Part shown: one piece after another, positions 1-9,405 of the stretch | Layout of the letters: every line of letters begins with the position of its first letter | Numbering within the stretch: the first letter of the stretch is position 1 | Assembly: GCA_945874095.1 (NCBI GenBank) | Contig: CAMCFM010000001.1 | Location: forward strand, 1-39,670 | Source of the DNA: Candidatus Kuenenia stuttgartensis | GTDB lineage: Bacteria; Planctomycetota; Planctomycetia; Isosphaerales; Isosphaeraceae | DNA: 39,670 nucleotides | Direction: 5' to 3' | Notes under the pieces: model-generated | Told to the model about the DNA's origin: nothing | The model's database searches: none | The model's input: the letters and a program-made list of their open reading frames with translations, nothing else | Program-made: the position numbers and the translations under genes

Positions 1-293
1 GAAACGGTGGCACAACAGGTACTTTTTCGCTCAACGGCGGAACTGGCACTTCCACCGGTAATACGTTGGTTCCGGCTGGTACCTATACATTTGCCGGAAC
101 AAAGATCATGAACCCAGGTGATACTGTCACCCTGGCCGGGACATTTACAGCCGGTACCAATGTTTTATCTGAGATAAAATCGATCACATTCTCAACCGTC
201 ACCGTCCCCGAGCCTTCCACCTATGCCCTGGGCGCCATTGCCACGGGCGTGATGGCCGCAATTGCACGCCGCCGCAAGGCGCGGAAGGGTTGA
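1..293 (+). CDS. PEP-CTERM-anchored secreted protein, C-terminal part (5' end lies outside the window)
   Basis: The frame of ORF 66..293 stays open back to the left edge (NGGTTGTFSLNGGTGTSTGN...). The C-terminus VPEPSTYALGAIATGVMAAIARRRKARKG has the PEP motif, a TM helix and a basic tail, which is the PEP-CTERM sorting signal. Confidence 0.7.
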   Translation, partial: NGGTTGTFSLNGGTGTSTGNTLVPAGTYTFAGTKIMNPGDTVTLAGTFTAGTNVLSEIKSITFSTVTVPEPSTYALGAIATGVMAAIARRRKARKG

Positions 294-342
294 TTTTTGC
301 TGACTGGCAAATTGCTTCTTCGCCTTTTCACTGATCTGATGG

Positions 343-392
343 GCTAGCCGGCCCGGTTTCTCGCATTGGCGGGCCTGGCTGGCTTTTGATTT
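343..392 (+). terminator. Rho-independent terminator candidate after the first PEP-CTERM gene
   Basis: GCTAGCCGGCCCG (343-355) pairs with CGGGCCTGGCTGGC (370-383), giving 13 pairs with one wobble and one bulge. TTTTGATTT follows at 384-392. Confidence 0.5.
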
Positions 393-1244
393 CCTGACTC
401 AGAATCAGGCCGAAAACAACTATCGTTTTTAAAACCAACCGATGCTTTTACCCCATCAAGCCTTACAAATGGGGTGGTTTGATTAGGTGTCTCCTCCGGA
501 GCCAGAAGATCAATGCTTCTGGGTTTATCGATGTCCAGAGAACATGCCTACTTCCCCCAACCCAACAATCCTGACCTTTGAGAGCAATGGCCTCAAGCCG
601 GCTTGGCGAGGGAGGGCTGTAGATGTCCTTCTGACATTCCTATACATAGATGTCTCCGCTGGTGCCACATCACCCCAAAACCTGAAGTTGTTTCTCGCCT
701 GTTCCTAAAATAACTCCGCGCGGGTGCTGCAGCGATAGCCACGCACCTGTCCAACGCCCCACGCGAGGCCTTTCATGCCATACCGCACAGCAAGCAAGGG
801 CACATGTTAGATTGAAGCCCGGCGATGAGCTTTGGTTTTCGAAAGTGTGGTGACAAGGCCTGGCGAACCAATCACTGATCGAGCCCTTTTCCAGACGCAC
901 CCATGCTTACGCACCCGCTGCTCCTAAGTGGCCCTTACCCAAACGAAAAGTTCGCCAGATCGCCCAAACGCCCCGGATCCATTCGCCCTATACACGACAG
1001 GACTATCCGGAAAAAAGTTTCGCGAAAATTTTAACTTGATATTATAAAACAGCTTACGGAAATTTTCGGTCGATATACGAAAAAAAGTTCGCCTTTTTTA
1101 TCCAGATCACCCCAGTTTCGGTTGCTTATCTACTAGGACCTGCGAACTCTACGCAGATGGTCAATCTTGCCAGGTGTTGGTGAGACTGGGGAAAGCAAGG
1201 ATGCTCCACTTGTCATGCAATCTTCCTCGATAGGGAACGCCACC

Positions 1245-2183
1245 ATGAGACATTTTCTCAAATCGCTCGTCGCAGTCGTTGCTTTGATCGTTGCCACCGG
1301 GCCAATGGCCGGGGCGGCCGATTTTCTCTATGTCTCGCTGGACGACAACACTATTGTCAAATACGACACCACTGGCATTGACGGCAATGTGATCGCTGCT
1401 ACGGCATCGACCTTTGCCAACACGAATCTCAGCAACCCACAAGGTCTGGTTTTCGATTCAACTGGCAATCTGTACGTTGCGAATCAAACTGGCAACACGA
1501 TCAGCAAGTTCAATGCGTCCGGTACATACGTCAGCAATATCAATGCGAATTTATCCGACCCACGTGGCTTGGCGATCGATCCCACGGGAAACCTCTTCGC
1601 CGCGAATTGGAGCACTAGCAGTATCAGCAAGTTCAATTCAGGGGGTGTCTTTCAGTCAACCTTTGGAAACGGAGATTTAAACCAACCCCACGGACTGGCA
1701 TTTGATTCCTCGAATACGCTCTATGCCACCAATATTATTGGAAGCACGACCAGCAAATTCAATACATCGAATGTGTACACCGGTAATATAAGCGGGAATC
1801 AAGCCTATCCAACCGGTCTGGCTTTTGATTCCGCTGGATATCTTTACATTTCTGCCGGAGACAACCCCGCATTCATCAGCAAATTTGATCCATCTGGTCA
1901 ATATGTCAGCAGGATCACCACGAATCTCTCCTATCCGGGTGGTATCGCGTTTGATTCATCAGGCAACCTCTATGCCTCCAATTACGACAAAACCATCAGC
2001 AAGTACGATTCTTCGGGCAATTATCTCACCTCATGGAGTACAGGTACAGCACGGCCTGCCTTCATAGCATTCCAGTCCGTCACCGTGCCCGAGCCTTCCA
2101 CATACGCCCTGGCTGCTATTGCCTCAGGCGTGATGGCCGTTGTGGCACGTCGCCGCAAGGCTCGTCAGATTCAGGCTTCCTGA
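1245..2183 (+). CDS. NHL-repeat beta-propeller protein with signal peptide and PEP-CTERM anchor
   Basis: I trimmed ORF 1167..2183 to ATG 1245 (MRHFLKSLVAVVALIVATGPMAGAADF, a signal peptide). It has six or more NHL-like repeats (NPQGLVFDSTGNLYVANQTGNTISKFN, DPRGLAIDPTGNLFAAN, QPHGLAFDSSNTLYATN, YPTGLAFDSAGYLYIS, YPGGIAFDSSGNLYASN). The C-terminus is VPEPSTYALAAIASGVMAVVARRRKAR. Confidence 0.85.
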   Translation: MRHFLKSLVAVVALIVATGPMAGAADFLYVSLDDNTIVKYDTTGIDGNVIAATASTFANTNLSNPQGLVFDSTGNLYVANQTGNTISKFNASGTYVSNINANLSDPRGLAIDPTGNLFAANWSTSSISKFNSGGVFQSTFGNGDLNQPHGLAFDSSNTLYATNIIGSTTSKFNTSNVYTGNISGNQAYPTGLAFDSAGYLYISAGDNPAFISKFDPSGQYVSRITTNLSYPGGIAFDSSGNLYASNYDKTISKYDSSGNYLTSWSTGTARPAFIAFQSVTVPEPSTYALAAIASGVMAVVARRRKARQIQAS

Positions 2184-2200
2184 TCCTTGAAATCAATGGT

Positions 2201-2254
2201 CCTGGCCGAGTGATGTACCAGCCCCACTGCTCACACTTGGCCGGGCTTTTTTGG
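2201..2254 (+). terminator. Rho-independent terminator candidate
   Basis: CCTGGCCGAGTG (2201-2212) pairs imperfectly with CACTTGGCCGGG (2233-2244). CTTTTTTGG follows. Confidence 0.45.
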
Positions 2255-2349
2255 ATGGTTGGTGTACTGACAGAAACAGCACTGGGCCGTTTCTGTTTGC
2301 TTGGTCAGTTCGTATTTCAGCAATCTCTACCGAAAAGGATGATTTCACC

Positions 2350-3288
2350 ATGAGACATTTTCTCAAATCGCTCGTCGCAGTCTTTGCTTTGATCGTTGCC
2401 ACCGGGCCAATGGCCGGGGCGGCCGATTTTATGTACGTAACCAATGGAGGGCAAGGTCCTTCATTTGTCTCGAAATTTGATCAGCTTGGAACATATTACG
2501 GCAGAATTACTACAAATCTAAACAGCCCTGCAGGAATTGCACAAGACTCCTCCGGGAATATTTTCATTGTCAATAATGGAAATAATACGGTAAGTCTGTT
2601 TGACAAAGACATGAATTTCACAGGCACCATCAACAACACGTACCTCGGTGGGGGCGCTCAGGTTGCTGCCATTGACAAGTACAACAATCTTTATGTTTCC
2701 CTTTTAAACGGAAATATTGTGAAGTATGACTCCTCGGAGAATTACGTCATGACGATTTCCGGCACCGGGCGTAACAATAACGCTCAGGGCATGGTGCTGG
2801 ACGCTCAAGACAATCTCTATGTCGCCAGCTATGGCACCAACTCTGTTGAAATCTTTGATTCCGCTTCAGGAGCATGGAAGTCGCGCATCACGGGCAACGG
2901 TTTATCCGGGCCACACGGCGTGGCGAGAGATGGCAATGGGTATCTTTATGTGACCAATGCAAGTGCCAATACCATCAGCAAATTTAATCCGGATGGCACT
3001 GCAAATGCAGTCTTTAATGGTGGCGGTGTTCTTAGTTTTCCCATTGGGATCGGCTTCGATTCCGCTGGCGATTTCTTTGTAGCCAATAATGGCAATAATA
3101 CGTCCACAAAGTACGATGCCAGTGGGAACTTGCTCCTTACCATTCCGAATACCAACCTTGCCGGTGCAAGGTGGTTGGCGTTCCAGCCTTATTTCGTGCC
3201 CGAGCCTTCTACATACGCTATGGCCGCTATTGCCTCAGGCGTGATGGCAGTTCTGGCACGTCGCCGCAAGTCTAAACTCGTCAAGTAA
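2350..3288 (+). CDS. NHL-repeat beta-propeller protein with signal peptide and PEP-CTERM anchor (paralogue of 1245..2183)
   Basis: I trimmed ORF 2251..3288 to ATG 2350. Its first 81 nt differ from those of gene 1245 at a single position. NHL-like repeats are present (SPAGIAQDSSGNIFIVNNGNNTVSLF, AQGMVLDAQDNLYVASYGTNSVEIF, GPHGVARDGNGYLYVTNASANTISKFN, FPIGIGFDSAGDFFVANNGNNT). The C-terminus is VPEPSTYAMAAIASGVMAVLARRRKSKLVK. Confidence 0.85.
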   Translation: MRHFLKSLVAVFALIVATGPMAGAADFMYVTNGGQGPSFVSKFDQLGTYYGRITTNLNSPAGIAQDSSGNIFIVNNGNNTVSLFDKDMNFTGTINNTYLGGGAQVAAIDKYNNLYVSLLNGNIVKYDSSENYVMTISGTGRNNNAQGMVLDAQDNLYVASYGTNSVEIFDSASGAWKSRITGNGLSGPHGVARDGNGYLYVTNASANTISKFNPDGTANAVFNGGGVLSFPIGIGFDSAGDFFVANNGNNTSTKYDASGNLLLTIPNTNLAGARWLAFQPYFVPEPSTYAMAAIASGVMAVLARRRKSKLVK

Positions 3289-3314
3289 CTTTCAGGTTCG
3301 TGTCAGGTTGATCA

Positions 3315-3355
3315 GGCCCAGTTTCATTGTGGTGACTGGGCCGGACAGATTTTCT
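3315..3355 (+). terminator. Hairpin / weak terminator candidate
   Basis: GGCCCAGT (3315-3322) pairs perfectly with ACTGGGCC (3335-3342). The T-run (3350-3355) starts 7 nt after the stem, so this is weaker than a canonical terminator. Confidence 0.4.
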
Positions 3356-3449
3356 CGAAACCAGCTTTCAGGGACTAAAATCCATGAGATTGCAACTTCC
3401 AGCTTCCAACGTCAAGGTTCCTACAGTATCTCTCATCAAGGATCATGCT

Positions 3450-4217
3450 ATGAATGCAAGCAAATCGGTCTTGTCCGAACTCTCTTCAAAGAAGCTGATG
3501 TCTGTCATGGCAGCAGCCGGTGCCGCCACTTCAGTCGCTCAGAATGCTGAGGCCATTGATTTCTATAACTCAGGCCCGATCACGACCAGCAATATGGTTG
3601 GAATTGATGGTGTATCGGGTTATACTACACCGTTTAAATTAAATCTGGACGGCCTGGGCGGGGGCGCTTCATTTAACGGGTTATATGGCGTCGTCTTCAA
3701 GAAGTCTGCAGCCAATGCGAACGTGCCGTATTTTAGAGTAGGCACTTATACAAGGCCAGCGAATGGTGGGGCTGGTCCGCTTGTCAACGCGGCAAAAACA
3801 TTTGCCGCTAATGATAACTGGCTCAATGCCGGAGCCAATATTCGATCATCTGCTAACATTATAGGAACCATCGGTGGTAACAATGTGCTTGGCCAGGTGA
3901 ATCCTGTAAGTACCAATCGATACCTGCTGTTCCAATTTAAAGACGCAGGCAACGCCAATACCTACAATGGCTGGGTCAATATCGACTTCCAGAATTATAT
4001 TCGGGATCTCAATGGTGGTGGATTCTTCACGTGGGCGAAAGTGAACAGCTACGCCTGGCAGGCTCAGACGACAGGCCTTCTGGGTGCAGGCCAAACGGCT
4101 GTAGCGGCTGTGCCCGAGCCATCGACCATAGTCACCTCAGGCATTGCCGCACTGGCCGGTGGGGCCATGGCCCTTCGCCGCTGGCGGAAAGAACGCAAGA
4201 CGGCTGTGGTGGCTTGA
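3450..4217 (+). CDS. Secreted PEP-CTERM protein (no recognisable globular domain)
   Basis: ORF 3384..4217. I prefer ATG 3450 (MNASKSVLSELSSKKLMSVMAAAGAATSVAQNAEA, signal-like, with AAGGA 9 nt upstream), but 3384 remains possible. The C-terminus AVPEPSTIVTSGIAALAGGAMALRRWRKERK is a PEP-CTERM signal. Confidence 0.7.
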   Translation: MNASKSVLSELSSKKLMSVMAAAGAATSVAQNAEAIDFYNSGPITTSNMVGIDGVSGYTTPFKLNLDGLGGGASFNGLYGVVFKKSAANANVPYFRVGTYTRPANGGAGPLVNAAKTFAANDNWLNAGANIRSSANIIGTIGGNNVLGQVNPVSTNRYLLFQFKDAGNANTYNGWVNIDFQNYIRDLNGGGFFTWAKVNSYAWQAQTTGLLGAGQTAVAAVPEPSTIVTSGIAALAGGAMALRRWRKERKTAVVA

Positions 4218-4246
4218 CAGGGTCGTTTCAGAGTTGTTGAAGAAAC

Positions 4247-4274
4247 GCTCAGGATCAACCTCCTGAGCTTTTCT
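4247..4274 (+). terminator. Rho-independent terminator
   Basis: GCTCAGGA (4247-4254), loop TCAACC, TCCTGAGC (4261-4268) form a perfect 8-bp stem followed directly by TTTTCT. Confidence 0.6.
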
Positions 4275-4321
4275 GAATTGACCGGAAGTGTGACTTCAGC
4301 AGTTTTGGAGAAGGTTTGACC

Positions 4322-6751
4322 ATGGCTCGCAAAGTCTTGCTGGTGGGTTGGGATGCTGCAGATTGGAAAGTGGCTCTGCCCCTGGTGGAAGCTGGTGTCA
4401 TGCCAAACCTGGCCAGAATGATGCGCGAGGGGGTATCTGGAAACATGGCCACACTTCATCCGCCGCTCTCGCCCATGCTCTGGACAAGCATTGCCACCGG
4501 CAAGCGTCCGCCAAAACATGGGATATGTGGATTTTCTGAAGTCACGCCCGATGGCAAGTCCGTTCGCCCGATCACCATTGAAGGCCGTAAGACAAAAGCG
4601 ATATGGAACATTCTGAATCAGCAGGGCAAGCGTTCCGTGGTGGTGGGCTGGTGGCCGAGCCATCCGGCCGAGCCGATCAACGGAGCGATTGTGTCGGACT
4701 GGTTCCGCGATGTGGAGAGCGAGAATCTCGAGCAAAAGCCAGTAACGCCCGGCAGCGTGCATCCGCCCGAGCTGGCCCCCTTGCTGCGCGACCTGCGTGT
4801 GAGCCCTTATGAAATTACAGGCGAAATGCTGCGGGCGTTCGTACCTGATTTTGAATCGGTTGATCAAACAAGCGACAAGAACCTGCACTCGCTTGCGAAG
4901 CTGATTAGCGAAGGCATGACCACCAACGCCGTAGCCACCGAACTTCTTGAAACGCAGGAATGGGATTTTGGGGCAGTTTATTTCGACACGCCCGACCACT
5001 TCGGGCACAGCTTTATGGCTTATCACCCGCCGCACACCTCCAGGGCCGACAGCAAAATCGCCGAGCTTTACCGGAACTGTGTCAGCAATGCTTATGGCTG
5101 GCACGACGCCATGCTGGGCGAGTTGATGGCCGCCGCCGGGCCGGATACGACTGTGATTTTGACCAGCGACCACGGCTTTCATAGCGATCACCTCCGGCCC
5201 GATTACATTCCAGCCGAAGCCGCCGGCCCAGCCATTGAGCACAGGCATTATGGGATGGTGGCGATGTGTGGGCCGGGGATTAAAAAGAGCGGAGGCAGTA
5301 TTTATGGAGCCGTTCTGACGGACCTTTGCCCGACCATTCTTCGACTCTTTGATCTTCCAGCCGGTGAAGACATGGACGGCAAGGTGCTATTGGCTGCGTT
5401 TGATCAGGAGATTGAACCCTTGAAGCCCATTGCATCGTGGGATTTGGTGGAAGGCCCGCACGACGATGGACGACATCCAAAGGACAAGCAATTTGATGCC
5501 TATGAAGCCGTCGAGCTGAGGAAGCGTCTGGAAGATCTGGGCTATATGGACCATGTTGGTGACAACATGGAACTAGCGATTGCAAAGACACTTGAGGAAT
5601 TGAAATACAATGAAGCCAGGGCTCAGATGGAGGCCCAGAATATCGAAAAGGCCGTGGAGATTTTTGAAGAGTTGCATCTTGCCAACCCAGTAGAATTACG
5701 ATTTCTGCAGCACCTGGTGGAAGGGTTTCTGGTGCAGGATAGCCACAAGAAGGCCCGTCAATTGCTTGAAGACTTTACCAAGACCCTTGAACGGGAAGTG
5801 CCCAAGGCTTCAGAGAAGGTGAAGGAGCAGCAGGAGCAATTAAAAACGCTTCGGGACGGCTATCTGGAGCAATGGAGGCAGCATCAGGTGGACCCGGAAT
5901 CCACCGCACAGGAAGCGCCTTTGGACATTAAGCCAGGGGTGGAGCTGACGGACGAACAGAAACAAGAATGGACACGGCTGTTGTTTTTAAGCGTTTTGCG
6001 ATCAGCCAAGAGCGAGGAAGAGGCTCTGTTTTTAATCAATGAAGAATCAGCCATTGCCAAGATTCAGCAAGAGAACCGGAAGTTGGCAGAGCTGGCCAGT
6101 GGATATCAATTGCCAATAGCCCTTTTGGAGGCGCGGGTTTTGCTGCATGCCAGTTCTCCACGAACAGATTTGGACAAAGCGCTGGCCAGAGCGGCCTTGG
6201 AGTTTGTGAACGAGGCTCAGAGAGAGCAGCCACGAGGGCTTGTGGAGCTGGCTCAGCTATGGCTTGCTCTGGGCGAATACGATACGGCGATGGAGATATG
6301 CGAACGGCTTCTGGGGCATGATCAGGAAGATTGGCGGGCACTTTCTATCAAGGCAGAGATCGGCTGGCTCAGCGGCAATGCTCAGACCACGATGGAATCA
6401 GGGCTTGATTCGATTGCTTTGGTCTGGCATCAACCTGCAACTCACATGCTGGTGGGCTTGGCCCTTGAGCGGCTGGGCGAACCTGAAAAAGCGGTGAGGA
6501 TGCTGGAAACCGCACTTGGGATGACACCGACATTGATCAGGGCGCATGCGGCACTGGGTCGAATCTATGCCAAGCCGCCCTTGAATCAGCCGGTGCTGGC
6601 CAATCGGCATCTTGAGGCTGTGGCGAATCTCAAAGCACGACTGACCAGAGCGAAACTTGACTGGCAAGAATCGCTGGAAGAAATACTCAGGCAAGAGGCT
6701 GAGACGACTCAGCAATTTTCCAAGTCGATCAGTTCGGCACTGACAACATGA
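4322..6751 (+). CDS. Alkaline-phosphatase-superfamily enzyme (type I phosphodiesterase / nucleotide pyrophosphatase-like) with a C-terminal TPR/helical-repeat region
   Basis: The ORF 4316..6751 opens with TTG. ATG 4322 has GGAGAAGG upstream. Family-typical motifs are VLLVGWDAADW, TLHPPLSPMLWTSIATGKRPPKHGI, YFDTPDHFGHSF and VILTSDHGFH. The C-terminal ~400 aa are helical and TPR-like (LWLALGEYDTAMEICERLL, GLALERLGEPEKAVRMLETAL). Confidence 0.75.
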   Translation: MARKVLLVGWDAADWKVALPLVEAGVMPNLARMMREGVSGNMATLHPPLSPMLWTSIATGKRPPKHGICGFSEVTPDGKSVRPITIEGRKTKAIWNILNQQGKRSVVVGWWPSHPAEPINGAIVSDWFRDVESENLEQKPVTPGSVHPPELAPLLRDLRVSPYEITGEMLRAFVPDFESVDQTSDKNLHSLAKLISEGMTTNAVATELLETQEWDFGAVYFDTPDHFGHSFMAYHPPHTSRADSKIAELYRNCVSNAYGWHDAMLGELMAAAGPDTTVILTSDHGFHSDHLRPDYIPAEAAGPAIEHRHYGMVAMCGPGIKKSGGSIYGAVLTDLCPTILRLFDLPAGEDMDGKVLLAAFDQEIEPLKPIASWDLVEGPHDDGRHPKDKQFDAYEAVELRKRLEDLGYMDHVGDNMELAIAKTLEELKYNEARAQMEAQNIEKAVEIFEELHLANPVELRFLQHLVEGFLVQDSHKKARQLLEDFTKTLEREVPKASEKVKEQQEQLKTLRDGYLEQWRQHQVDPESTAQEAPLDIKPGVELTDEQKQEWTRLLFLSVLRSAKSEEEALFLINEESAIAKIQQENRKLAELASGYQLPIALLEARVLLHASSPRTDLDKALARAALEFVNEAQREQPRGLVELAQLWLALGEYDTAMEICERLLGHDQEDWRALSIKAEIGWLSGNAQTTMESGLDSIALVWHQPATHMLVGLALERLGEPEKAVRMLETALGMTPTLIRAHAALGRIYAKPPLNQPVLANRHLEAVANLKARLTRAKLDWQESLEEILRQEAETTQQFSKSISSALTT

Positions 6752-6919
6752 ACGTTGGTGCCATGGTTCCACTTCCCGGGCCTGGTGGTTTTTAACCCAC
6801 CATAAAAAGTGCCAGGCCTGGAAGTCGTTTTCTGTCGGTGTTGGTCGAATGTCACAAATAGCACTGTGCTGGTTGTGACGTGTTTCTCAGCAAGTTTCAT
6901 CAACAGGACTGCTTTCATC

Positions 6920-7873
6920 ATGAGACATTTTCTCAAATCGCTCGTCGCCGTATTTGCCTTGATCGTTCCCACCGGGCCGATGGCCGGGGCGGTCGACTTT
7001 TATGCGACGAATGGTCTTTCGACCTCAATATACGGTGTGAACATTGACGGTACTGTGGCACAGATCGGTCCTGTTGCAACTACAAACGGATTGCTTGATA
7101 TTGCTTCGAACCCCGTGGACCAATCTACCTATCTATTGGAAGTGTCAGCTTCCTCTCCTAACAGTAATCTACTGTACTCAGCAAATATTGGTCCGAGCAG
7201 TGTCAGCTCATCGTTTATCGGTACAGTCTCAACAGCGAACTTAATTGAAGGTGGTCTGGCATTCAGCTCGTTTCGAGGCACAAATACGCTTTATGCCAGT
7301 GGGATGTTAAATCCAGGCGGTCAAACTCCTTATCCTGTTTTAGAAAGTATTGACACTGCAACTGGCCAGGGAACAATCATTTCACAAAACTTTTTCTCAA
7401 ATGCCTCAACTGAGACAAACGATATTCAAAGCTTGTTTGACGCACCGGACGGTAGGCTTTGGGGGCTCAATACAAGCACGAACTACTCTGTGACTCCAAA
7501 TACATATCGGACTGATCTATTTCGGTTTGCAACAGATGGTACGGTTGATCAAACCGTGACAATCAGCGGATTTGGTGGAACAGGGGTCGGTGGAGTGGCC
7601 GTAAAAAATGGTGTGACCTACTATTTGATCAGCACGCAGGCTTTATTGAATTCCAGTTTCGGCACATTCGGCTGGGATTCTGTCAATAGCACCTATACAG
7701 GCACGTTCAACCTGATATCAAACACGATTCCCGCCGGAATGACTGGACTGACACTGGCCCCCGCCACCGTGCCCGAGCCTTCCACATACGCCCTGGCCGC
7801 TATTGCTTCGGGCGTGATGGCTGTTCTGGCTCGCCGTCGGAAATCGAAATTGGTGAAGTCAGTCTCGGTTTAA
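6920..7873 (+). CDS. Secreted PEP-CTERM protein sharing the MRHFLKSLVAVFALIV signal-peptide cassette
   Basis: I trimmed ORF 6809..7873 to ATG 6920 (MRHFLKSLVAVFALIVPTGPMAGAVDF). The C-terminus is VPEPSTYALAAIASGVMAVLARRRKSKLVK. The central part is unrelated to the NHL paralogues. Confidence 0.8.
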   Translation: MRHFLKSLVAVFALIVPTGPMAGAVDFYATNGLSTSIYGVNIDGTVAQIGPVATTNGLLDIASNPVDQSTYLLEVSASSPNSNLLYSANIGPSSVSSSFIGTVSTANLIEGGLAFSSFRGTNTLYASGMLNPGGQTPYPVLESIDTATGQGTIISQNFFSNASTETNDIQSLFDAPDGRLWGLNTSTNYSVTPNTYRTDLFRFATDGTVDQTVTISGFGGTGVGGVAVKNGVTYYLISTQALLNSSFGTFGWDSVNSTYTGTFNLISNTIPAGMTGLTLAPATVPEPSTYALAAIASGVMAVLARRRKSKLVKSVSV

Positions 7874-8006
7874 AAACCGGGCCGGTTGGTGGTTGTCTTT
7901 GGCAACCATTTTACCGGCCACTTGAACTGGTGCGTTATGGTCCAATACCTTCGTGGGTATTGGTTCGGTCTAGTCTCGATAAACTCTGATTGGGGAATAA
8001 ACAGTA

Positions 8007-8681
8007 ATGCGATTGCAACTTGCCAAGGCAGCAGCCTTCATCGGTTTGATAGCATCCCAGATTCATGCCGCACAATCGGCAGAAATATACTCGAATCTGG
8101 GTACTCCAGATTCCAGTGCCAATGCAGCCATTGGATATAACAGTGTTACCAATTTCGATGTCACATACGCGCAGGGTTTTACGACCGGCGCAGGTCTTTA
8201 TCTACTGGACTCAGTGGATCTGCCACTGGGCGTGACGGGCGCCGGCGACGGCTCACCCAAACTCCGAATCTTCTCGAATAATGCCGGAACGCCTGGAACA
8301 GATTTAGGCGTGACGTTCACGGTCCCGGCATTCGGCGCCCAGGCGCTTTACAACTTTTCACTAAACACACCATTTGCATTGTCGGCCAGCACGAGTTACT
8401 GGATGGTTTTGTCAGACACATCCGCCAGCACTCAGACCAAATTCAACTGGTATTTCACCGACACCTTCAGCTCTCCCACAGCCAAGAACGGCTCAGACGT
8501 AAGCTTTCTGGGTGGAGCGAGGTCGAATAACGGTGGTACGTCGTGGACAACGAACAATGCGTTTGCCCAGACAGGCATCACCCTCAATGCCACAGCCGTT
8601 CCCGAGCCAACAACCTATGCACTGGCAGCAATTGCAACAGGCGTGATGGCAATCGTAGCCCGACGCCGCAAGCAAGCCTGA
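8007..8681 (+). CDS. Secreted PEP-CTERM protein
   Basis: The signal peptide is MRLQLAKAAAFIGLIASQIHAAQSA. The C-terminus is AVPEPTTYALAAIATGVMAIVARRRKQA. A 9-bp perfect hairpin lies downstream (ACTCCGCAG 8720-8728 / CTGCGGAGT 8745-8753). Confidence 0.75.
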   Translation: MRLQLAKAAAFIGLIASQIHAAQSAEIYSNLGTPDSSANAAIGYNSVTNFDVTYAQGFTTGAGLYLLDSVDLPLGVTGAGDGSPKLRIFSNNAGTPGTDLGVTFTVPAFGAQALYNFSLNTPFALSASTSYWMVLSDTSASTQTKFNWYFTDTFSSPTAKNGSDVSFLGGARSNNGGTSWTTNNAFAQTGITLNATAVPEPTTYALAAIATGVMAIVARRRKQA

Positions 8682-8862
8682 TTTTCAGACCAGAATCAAA
8701 ATCAACCCGCCCCAACACGACTCCGCAGCTTATCATTCCGATGAACTGCGGAGTGGGGAATGGGATGTCATAAGTCTTTACCACGTTCAATTCAAATAAA
8801 AGAATTGTTTTTACACAAAAACGGCCGGCAAGCAAATCAATGTGAAAAGCGGAATGACCTGA

Positions 8863-9387
8863 ATGCCATTTTTTCCGCTGTGGCTCTTCTCATTTGAAAA
8901 TGAGTGCAAAATCGCCCCTGTTACAACTCGCAATCAACAAACCAAATGGCCCAAACACTCGGATACGATTCGTGAGGCAGTTGACGAAAATCCGGATCGA
9001 ACCCTCGACAAACGTCTCGATCACTTGAAGATCGGAATCTCCAGAAGCACGCTTTGCCGCGCGTTGAAGGCATTGAAACTGACAATTAAAAAAGTGCTGA
9101 ACGCCGCGGAGCAAGAACGACCTGACGTGAAAGAAAAACGCCGGGAATGGATCGCTGGCCAAGCCAGCTTGGATCCCGAAAAACTGGTGTTCATCGATGA
9201 AACTTGGTTGAAGACGAATATGACCCGTCCACGTGGATCGTCATTGAAAGGCAAACGGCTTGGTGAAAGTGTACCGTTCGGCCATTGGATAAGGACAACG
9301 TTTGTCGCAGCGTTGCTGGCAATTCTTTGCAGAGTCAGGTACAGATTCGATGTAGAGTACCCCTGCCCTCAAATAGGTCAAGCTTGA
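8863..9387 (+). pseudogene. IS630-family transposase fragment (central part only)
   Basis: ISRSTLCRALKALKLTIKKVLNAAEQERPDVKEKRREWIAGQASLDPEKLVFIDETWLKTNMTRPRGSSLKGKRLGESVPFGHWIRTTFVAAL matches the HTH-linker-first-D (DET) region typical of IS630 transposases. The sequence after FVAAL is unrelated and the distal DDE part is missing. Confidence 0.6.
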
Positions 9388-9405
9388 GTTGCACCACTTA
9401 AAAAG

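Noticed and set aside
487-900. ORFs 487..708 (+) and 670..900 (-) in the long intergenic region
   Set aside because: They are short and mutually overlapping, with no ribosome-binding site, no motifs and odd composition (Cys/Trp/Pro-rich). I also saw no convincing ncRNA signature there.
4064-5248. 394-aa ORF on the minus strand, antisense to the phosphodiesterase-like gene
   Set aside because: Its composition is Arg/Gly/Ala/His-rich with no motifs. It lies fully inside a + strand gene that has clear family motifs, so it is a typical shadow ORF of a GC-rich coding region.
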